This document shows, in pieces, positions 35,263-41,217 of a DNA stretch of 41,217 bases; position 1 is the stretch's first letter, and each line of letters starts with the position of its first letter. A program made the position numbers and the translations under genes. This DNA is from a virus (Duplodnaviria; Caudoviricetes): positions 1 to 41,217 of the IMG/VR virus record IMGVR_UViG_3300005805_000169; one strand, 5' to 3'. The notes below the pieces were generated by a model. That model worked only from the letters and a program-made list of their open reading frames with translations, was not told the DNA's origin and did no database searches.

Positions 35263-36924
35263 ATGGCATTCGCAACAACCGGGTCGATCTTCGACCGTCA
35301 TTCCAACCGCATTCAGGAAGTCCTCAACAAGTCCCTCCGCGTGTTCCTCGCCGGCCTTGATCCGGTCTGGCGCGACAGCGTCGTCACCAGCCAGGGCGTC
35401 GGCAGCAACGCCGACCTCGGCCGCGACCTCAAGATCACCAAGCTCTTCATGGGCAGCCTCACCGGCGTGATCGATCCGGGTCGTCCCTACGGCGAGCAGG
35501 ACCTCTACGGCGACACCACGTCGACGCTGGGTCAGCTCATGCACACCCAGAACACGAACCAGGCGTATCCGAGCCCGCGCGAGGGCCCGAACGCCACGGC
35601 GTACCGGCTTGCCATCCCGATGAAGTCGCTCGTCACCAACCTGATGATCACCCTCGGTGAGAAGCAGGCCGACGCGACCCCGGCGCTCATCGACCAGGTC
35701 GTCGCCCCGAAGCTCACGGCGTTCGCCCGCAACATGGCGCACACGCTCTGCAACTACTGGTACCTCAGCCAGAACAGCTCGTACCGCCTCTGCCTGATGT
35801 CCAACAGCGAGGTCATCAAGGTGAACTCCGCCGGTGGTGTCGCAGATCACTGGAAGATCCGGTTCCAGCCGGCTGCGTTCGAGACCCACCGGTTCAGCCG
35901 GGGCCAGCGCATCGACATCATCCACCCGTCCAACGGACTTCGCGCGAACGACACCCAGAGCACGATCGGAAACCAGAAGACCACGACCCGCAAGCAGCTC
36001 ATCGTCGAGAGCGTGGATCCGCTGCAGAACCGCGTCGTCCTCGTCTCCAGCGCAGACACCAATCTGTTCTACGACAGCACGGGCGCCGCAGCCGGAGGGG
36101 CCGCTACCACCAGCTGGGCGGCTCAGAACGACTTCGACAATGCGGCCATCGTCTACGCGAACACGTCGATGGACGCGAGCAACGCCGGGTCGAACACGTT
36201 CGTTGGCATCGCGGGCATCAACAGCTGGCTGAAGAACGGCAACGAGACCAACACCGACGGCACCAAGCTTCTCGGTGCCGAGGCTGACGCCACCGACTTC
36301 ATCAACGTGAACGACCGGCCGGAGTTCAAGAGCTTCAAGTACGACGTGGCCGGAGCGCTCACGGAGTACAACCTGAAGCGGTACCTCCAGCGCGTCCACT
36401 CGGCGTTCGAGCCGAACGGCAACACCATCGACACGCTCATCGCCTCCGAGGGCGTCTGGTCCGCGTACGAGGCGCAGAAGATCGGCCAGTACCGGATCGA
36501 CCGGACCAGCCGCGTGGCCTCGATCACCAACGAGGGCCAGGCCGAGGGCTTCACCTTCAACTTCGAGGGCCGCACCTACCGGGGCAGCACCTCGCGCTAC
36601 GTCGAGGGTGGCACCATGTACGGCATCAAGCTCGGCGGCAAGAACTGGAAGAAGTACGTGCCCCCGAGCCCGGCCGGCATGTCGAAGATGAGCCAGGCCG
36701 ATGCGTACGTTCCGTTCGAGTTCGTCGCGGGCGCCATCACCGGCACCAGCACGAACCAGCTCCCGATGTTCTCGATCAGCGGCTCGGACAACCTGGTCAC
36801 CCAGGCGAGCCAGATGCCGGGCCGCATCCGCATGCAGCTCGTGCCCGACCAGGTCAACGGCATGAAGCTCGTCGGCATCACCGAGGACCGCGTGTACATG
36901 CCGACCAGCGGCAACATCGCCTGA
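35263..36924 (+). CDS. Major capsid protein (553 aa)
   Basis: Follows scaffold, AAGGA RBS, strong codon bias, GIAGINSW, terminator downstream. Confidence 0.8.
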   Translation: MAFATTGSIFDRHSNRIQEVLNKSLRVFLAGLDPVWRDSVVTSQGVGSNADLGRDLKITKLFMGSLTGVIDPGRPYGEQDLYGDTTSTLGQLMHTQNTNQAYPSPREGPNATAYRLAIPMKSLVTNLMITLGEKQADATPALIDQVVAPKLTAFARNMAHTLCNYWYLSQNSSYRLCLMSNSEVIKVNSAGGVADHWKIRFQPAAFETHRFSRGQRIDIIHPSNGLRANDTQSTIGNQKTTTRKQLIVESVDPLQNRVVLVSSADTNLFYDSTGAAAGGAATTSWAAQNDFDNAAIVYANTSMDASNAGSNTFVGIAGINSWLKNGNETNTDGTKLLGAEADATDFINVNDRPEFKSFKYDVAGALTEYNLKRYLQRVHSAFEPNGNTIDTLIASEGVWSAYEAQKIGQYRIDRTSRVASITNEGQAEGFTFNFEGRTYRGSTSRYVEGGTMYGIKLGGKNWKKYVPPSPAGMSKMSQADAYVPFEFVAGAITGTSTNQLPMFSISGSDNLVTQASQMPGRIRMQLVPDQVNGMKLVGITEDRVYMPTSGNIA

Positions 36925-36945
36925 TCCCGGTTCAGACGGTACAAT

Positions 36946-36981
36946 GGGGCCATCCCGTAAATGGGATGGCCCCTATTCTTT
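36946..36981 (+). terminator. Rho-independent terminator after the capsid gene
   Basis: GGGGCCATCCC-gtaaat-GGGATGGCCCC followed by TATTCTTT. Confidence 0.8.
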
Positions 36982-36991
36982 GGAGAGCAGC

Positions 36992-37543
36992 ATGAGCATG
37001 TCGGAAGAACAGATCTCGGTGGCGCTCCTGTTCGGAACCGAGTTCACGCCGGAGAAGTTCGAGATCGTGGCTCCGTGCACTTGGCTCGAGTCCCTGAGGC
37101 GGAAGACCGGCCTGGAGAACCTGTTCGTGTACCGGCACCGGAAGACCGGCAAGTTCGGGCTGGCCCAGTGGTCGGTCAAGCCGAGGGTCTTCGGCCAGGA
37201 CATCGGGGTGGCCACGGAGATCTGCCTGTTCTCGGCGCCTCCCGGGCACAACCCGGCGGACCTGCCCAGCATGGAGTGGCTCATGTGGCGGTGCAAGCCG
37301 GAGGAGGAGATGATGGACGAGATGAAGAAGAAGCGGCTGCAGAAGTACAGCGATAAGCAGAGCGCTCTGATCGACCGCAAGAACATGCTGGACGACATGG
37401 AGAAGATCCTCCGGAAGCGCGGGCTGGATGAGGCCGCAGACAAGCTGAATCTTGAGGATGTGCCGGACGAGGGTCCGGAGCTCGAGCAGATGAGGGAGCT
37501 CCTCATCTGGGCCGCGAAGGACCGGATCATCTCCACGGGCTGA
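36992..37543 (+). CDS. Hypothetical protein
   Basis: GGAG RBS after the terminator; typical codon usage. Confidence 0.7.
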   Translation: MSMSEEQISVALLFGTEFTPEKFEIVAPCTWLESLRRKTGLENLFVYRHRKTGKFGLAQWSVKPRVFGQDIGVATEICLFSAPPGHNPADLPSMEWLMWRCKPEEEMMDEMKKKRLQKYSDKQSALIDRKNMLDDMEKILRKRGLDEAADKLNLEDVPDEGPELEQMRELLIWAAKDRIISTG

Positions 37544-37546
37544 ACC

Positions 37547-38626
37547 ATGCACTCATCAGGCTCCATCCTCAAGACGTACTGCGAGAAGGTCCGGCACTAC
37601 CTGGACGATCCGGACCTGGACGCCAAGTACGACGACAACTACCTGGTCAGGTTCTTCCTGCCGAGCGCGATGACCGACGTCATCTCCCGCGTCTCGCAGA
37701 TGTCGGACGCCCAGATCCTGTCCTCGTTCGACATAGCGGTCACCCCGGGAACCACGCACTACAAGCTGCCGCCGGCGGTGGCCCAGGTCGTGCGAATCGG
37801 GACCGTCGAGGCCGTCACCGGGTTGTTCATCGAGGACCTGCGTCCACGGAACCAGTTCAACGTCAGTGGGCCCAACTGGTCGATCCAGGGCAACTCGATC
37901 GTGTTTCAGCCAGCCGTGGAGGTCGCCAAGACGTTCACCCTGGTGTTCGTGCCGAGCGGCGACGTCATGTGCCACTACGTCTCCACGGCCGCAGGATCGC
38001 TCAACTCGAACGGCACCTTCACGTTCCACACGACTCCGTCGCTGGGGTCCATCGACAAGCGCCCGAACGCCTACCAGGGCGCTTACATCCGCATCTTCGG
38101 ATCGTCGATCACGGACGAGATCCTGATCTCGGACCACGATGTGACCCTGCAGGTGGCCACGCTTGGAGTCGCGGCACACAATGCGACCGGCCTCTACGGA
38201 TACGAGGTGGTTCCGTTCCTGATGGAGCCGATGATCGACGCGATCTCGATCAGCGCGGCCATGCGCGCGGGCGTGGGCCGGAAGATCAACCAGGCCCACA
38301 TGCAGTCGCTGATGCTCGCGTACAAGCAGGCGATCAAGACGGCTCACGACACGCTGGCCAACATGAACGGCCGCACTGGCAAGTACTTCTACGGCCCTAC
38401 GATCGACTCCGTGCCTCCGTTCTATGTCGGGCCTGCGGCCGCTACCGGCATGATGGGAGCCGGTGCGGGGGTTGGCGGGACCGCTGGATGCGACTGCAAC
38501 GACGTGGCCAGCCAGACCGTGCAGAATCAGATACTGCTTACGGTCGACCTGATCCAAAACGATGTTGCGACATTGACCACCGGTGGCATAGATGGCGGAA
38601 CCGTGAACGCAGGAGGTTGGCAATAG
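37547..38626 (+). CDS. Head-tail adaptor / tail tubular-like protein
   Basis: KVRHYLDDP..Y..LV.F, GTTHYKLPP, W.IQGNSIVFQP pattern; position after the capsid gene. Confidence 0.6.
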   Translation: MHSSGSILKTYCEKVRHYLDDPDLDAKYDDNYLVRFFLPSAMTDVISRVSQMSDAQILSSFDIAVTPGTTHYKLPPAVAQVVRIGTVEAVTGLFIEDLRPRNQFNVSGPNWSIQGNSIVFQPAVEVAKTFTLVFVPSGDVMCHYVSTAAGSLNSNGTFTFHTTPSLGSIDKRPNAYQGAYIRIFGSSITDEILISDHDVTLQVATLGVAAHNATGLYGYEVVPFLMEPMIDAISISAAMRAGVGRKINQAHMQSLMLAYKQAIKTAHDTLANMNGRTGKYFYGPTIDSVPPFYVGPAAATGMMGAGAGVGGTAGCDCNDVASQTVQNQILLTVDLIQNDVATLTTGGIDGGTVNAGGWQ

Positions 38627-39729
38627 CTCTCATTGGCTATCCATATTCAGCCGCTACACAGGATCTCTGGCTCTATCAGCAGGAGACCGTGACGCACAAC
38701 GCCGGCAGCACGCTGGTCGAGGCTCCTGTAGCCTGGAACCCAGGGTCTCCCCTCTACGGGTACCGGCAGTCGCTTCAGGGTATATCCCTTAGAAAGAGGT
38801 ATGTGAGCGCCTCGGCGGCGAATGACCCGACGGTTCTTCCGGCTCAATACAACTACTTCGCGACGTTCAACAATCCGGCTGATCCGGCCAATACCTGGGC
38901 GTTCAACAACTGCTATCCGATGGCGTTCTTCGCCGCTTCAAAGAAGCATCTGTTCACCTGCAGCCACTGCTACGCCCAGCAACCAAATCAGGTCCGCAAC
39001 ACCTCGTTGAAGTGGTCCGGGACCGTGTTCACCCCGAACAGCCTCAACGATCGGCTGGTGGCCTTCAAGTGGATGAACAAGTCCAATGTCATCACGGACT
39101 CGTTTGAAACCACCCAGGTCATGGCGCCCTACAACGCCGATCCAGGTACTTCGCTGGTGATCAATACGGACGTATCCATTTCCGAACTCGAAGGTGAACT
39201 TTCCTTTCAGCCGCTGCAGGTAGTCAACTTTCTAAACCTGGCACCTGGGGCAACCTTGTGGATGCTTGATTCCGCGATGAAGATCGTCCGCATGCGGCTT
39301 GTGAAGGCGCATGTGGCGAACTTCTTCAGCAATCTCTACTCCGAAGAGAAGTTCGTGGTGGAGAGCATGCTTCCGGACGGATCCGCTACGGCTGATATCT
39401 TCTTTTACCAGCATGACTCCGGAACCATCTTGCTGACCGAGATAAGCCCGCCTACTTCAGCCCAGGCGGGGGACGGAGTAATGGGCTTGATCGCCTCTCA
39501 TGTCCAGGTAGGCGGATACGAATATTTGTCGAACGTGGTCTATGGCGAGCTTTCGGCTCCCGGGTACCAGGGTTCAGCTGGAACCTACACCAAGATCCGG
39601 GACTATCTTGCGGATTCCGGATACCCGATGCGTCCGCTGGCGCAGGCCCGCAGGACCCACACTGACTTTGTTCTTGCAAGCCAGATGGATCATCTTCTCC
39701 GAGAAGTGCAGGACATCAATCTTCCTTGA
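38623..39729 (+). CDS. Tail-region protein with chymotrypsin-like serine-protease motifs; probable ATA start
   Basis: LFTCSHC, TDVSISEL, QHDSGTIL and VMGLIAS in canonical order; AGGAGG 6 nt before ATA. Confidence 0.55.
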   Translation: MALIGYPYSAATQDLWLYQQETVTHNAGSTLVEAPVAWNPGSPLYGYRQSLQGISLRKRYVSASAANDPTVLPAQYNYFATFNNPADPANTWAFNNCYPMAFFAASKKHLFTCSHCYAQQPNQVRNTSLKWSGTVFTPNSLNDRLVAFKWMNKSNVITDSFETTQVMAPYNADPGTSLVINTDVSISELEGELSFQPLQVVNFLNLAPGATLWMLDSAMKIVRMRLVKAHVANFFSNLYSEEKFVVESMLPDGSATADIFFYQHDSGTILLTEISPPTSAQAGDGVMGLIASHVQVGGYEYLSNVVYGELSAPGYQGSAGTYTKIRDYLADSGYPMRPLAQARRTHTDFVLASQMDHLLREVQDINLP

Positions 39730-39738
39730 GGACGAGAC

Positions 39739-40818
39739 ATGACGATCACTGGGCCGATTCTCCCGAAGCGCTTCTTCCCATACACGAACAACGCCCCGAC
39801 TCCGGGATCAAACCTTGTTACGAGCACTTTGCCGGGCGAGATCGTCATCTGCACCAAGACGGGCAGGATGTGGGTGAACCACAACGATGTGGCCATGATT
39901 CCTGTCAGGCCGGAGTTCGCCCAGACCAGTATTATCTACGGTGAAACCAAGGCTGGAATACGCGGATACACAACCGGCACAGCCCCGCTGAATGCCCAGG
40001 CGGTGGAAATCTATGGTTCCCTCATCCGCCTGGTCAATGAAGCCGGCGTAGGTTGCCCGGTACAGATACCTGGGGACCTGACCGTCTCAAGTGGTTTCGT
40101 AAACGCCAGTTCAAGCTCCTTCACGGTCTCTACGAACCAAGCGGTCAATCTCAGTTCTCCGCCGGTTGAACTGAAGGCCCTGAAGGTGCAGATCGGAAAT
40201 GCACCACATGCTTCCGGGGCGGCCGCTCATCTGTTTGCTGTGACATCATCTGTTGGATCGGAGTTCGGGGATCTTGGCGGTCCCGCAGGGGCATACCGGC
40301 TCAACGCGCTTATCAGCGACACCAAGGCCCAGTTCGAGAGGGTGATCGAGGCCAACGACAACATCCAGATCACCGACCTTCCGAACTCCTACAGGCTTGG
40401 AACGGGGGCCAACGGTCTTGTCGTCAACGCCAACACCATCACGAACGACGTGGATACGGGACTTGCAGCGGATGTAGTTCTCGTGGCGAATACCGATACC
40501 GAGCTGACTGATCTGCGGACTACTGTAGGTTCGGCCGGCATCACATCGGTATGGCGCCTGACCTTGACGGTGCAGACTCTTCACAACGGAAACCACGACG
40601 TCTCGTTCAAGCTCAGGAACCACACGGCCTCGGTCGACCTGTCAGGGCTTACCTACAGCTCAAGCGGCTACGGCAACGGCACCTGCGAGGCGATCATCTC
40701 GATAACTGGAACGGCCCAGATCCGGGCGCAGGTCCAATCCACGCACACCCCCACTGTTCGCCAGTACAACCTGACGAACGGTCCCGCCACAAAGCTGCTT
40801 GCGCAGAGGCTGGCTTGA
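39739..40818 (+). CDS. Tail fibre / receptor-binding-like protein
   Basis: N-terminal ILPKR..P..LPGEIVICTKTGRMWV resembles Mtd-N-type fibre anchors; beta-rich; lower GC. Confidence 0.6.
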   Translation: MTITGPILPKRFFPYTNNAPTPGSNLVTSTLPGEIVICTKTGRMWVNHNDVAMIPVRPEFAQTSIIYGETKAGIRGYTTGTAPLNAQAVEIYGSLIRLVNEAGVGCPVQIPGDLTVSSGFVNASSSSFTVSTNQAVNLSSPPVELKALKVQIGNAPHASGAAAHLFAVTSSVGSEFGDLGGPAGAYRLNALISDTKAQFERVIEANDNIQITDLPNSYRLGTGANGLVVNANTITNDVDTGLAADVVLVANTDTELTDLRTTVGSAGITSVWRLTLTVQTLHNGNHDVSFKLRNHTASVDLSGLTYSSSGYGNGTCEAIISITGTAQIRAQVQSTHTPTVRQYNLTNGPATKLLAQRLA

Positions 40819-41217
40819 GCACGAAGGACAACCAGCTCAACGACGCGAACCGCGAGTTCGAGCAGATCGCTCCGACCCAGTCGGATGCGTTGACGCAGCG
40901 CGTCACCGACAGTTTCCAGATCAGGAACATCACCCCCGGCATCACGTTCGTCGGAACCACGGCCTATACCTCTCCGGGCTCAATGCCCCAACTTGGACCG
41001 TCGCCAATCACCAATGTGTTCGTCGGAGGATCGAGTGGCCAGGGGGATCCCGGATCCGTCATCTACAACATCGTCAACAATCCTCCAAATCCCACGGTTC
41101 CCAATCCTGGAACGGAACCTCCGATCGGGCCGGAGGAACGCATTCGCTATTCCTGCTTGTCAGGTCGTTGCATTCAGGATCCAAATGGAAACTTTCTCGG
41201 CATCGACGAATGCCTTC
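40815..41217 (+). CDS. Partial gene (TTG start, runs off the window), P/G-rich with a Cys motif
   Basis: TTGA coupling; open to the end; ..RYSCLSGRCIQDPNGNFLGIDECL. Confidence 0.55.
   Translation, partial: MSTKDNQLNDANREFEQIAPTQSDALTQRVTDSFQIRNITPGITFVGTTAYTSPGSMPQLGPSPITNVFVGGSSGQGDPGSVIYNIVNNPPNPTVPNPGTEPPIGPEERIRYSCLSGRCIQDPNGNFLGIDECL

Larger units (their letters stand above)
409..40756. repeat. Dispersed asymmetric motif CAGTGGGGG(TG), 21 copies
   Basis: + copies at 428, 3372, 5831, 8492, 12910, 14487, 15378, 15753, 19092, 23291, 27431, 29883, 32189, 34677; reverse copies at about 410, 12685, 14337, 22801, 27048, 33626, 40748. Confidence 0.9.

Noticed and set aside
36944-36991. ATG 36944 as start of the post-capsid gene
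   Set aside because: Falls at the terminator hairpin; ATG 36992 has a GGAG RBS
37969-38622. N-terminal 218 codons of the 586-aa ORF in the track
   Set aside because: R/H/G-rich off-frame shadow of the adaptor gene; protein-like sequence starts near 38623
409-40756. Dispersed motif as CRISPR repeats or IS/MITE ends
   Set aside because: Only 9-14 bp, irregularly spaced, embedded in intact genes, with no target duplications or transposase
38623-41217. Diversity-generating retroelement acting on tail genes
   Set aside because: No reverse transcriptase and no template/variable repeat pair seen
1-41217. tRNA genes, integrase, alternative genetic code
   Set aside because: No cloverleaf or recombinase motifs recognised; TAA, TAG and TGA all end genes at sensible, coupled boundaries

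Overview
The window is most of the genome of a tailed dsDNA phage (about 65% GC by eye, probably podovirus-like), opened inside the late structural region. Nothing here looks like host chromosome. Layout: (+) 1-5.2 kb, putative internal virion/ejection proteins. (-) 5.2-16.1 kb, recombination and replication genes (SSB-like, Sak4-like AAA ATPase, PD-(D/E)XK nuclease, sigma-70-like factor, ERCC4 nuclease, family A polymerase, family-4 UDG-like protein), interrupted by a small membrane/lysis cassette and two beta-rich genes. (-) 16-22.5 kb, many short early genes (Gp88-like, DUF932). 22.5-23.0 kb, an AT-rich non-coding origin-like region, then a D5/SF3 helicase. (+) 24.4-41.2 kb, small basic proteins, large terminase, portal, scaffold, major capsid protein, adaptor and tail genes. 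I saw no integrase, tRNA, CRISPR array, reverse transcriptase, primase domain or endolysin. Three signals stand out. (1) An asymmetric motif CAGTGGGGG(TG) occurs 21 times by manual count, in all six reading frames, and its reverse copies sit in close inverted pairs. (2) A tail-region gene has a chymotrypsin-like His-Asp-Ser triad and apparently starts at ATA. (3) The adjacent UDG-like and PolA genes both carry unusual active-site substitutions. All family assignments come from motif recognition by eye, not database searches.
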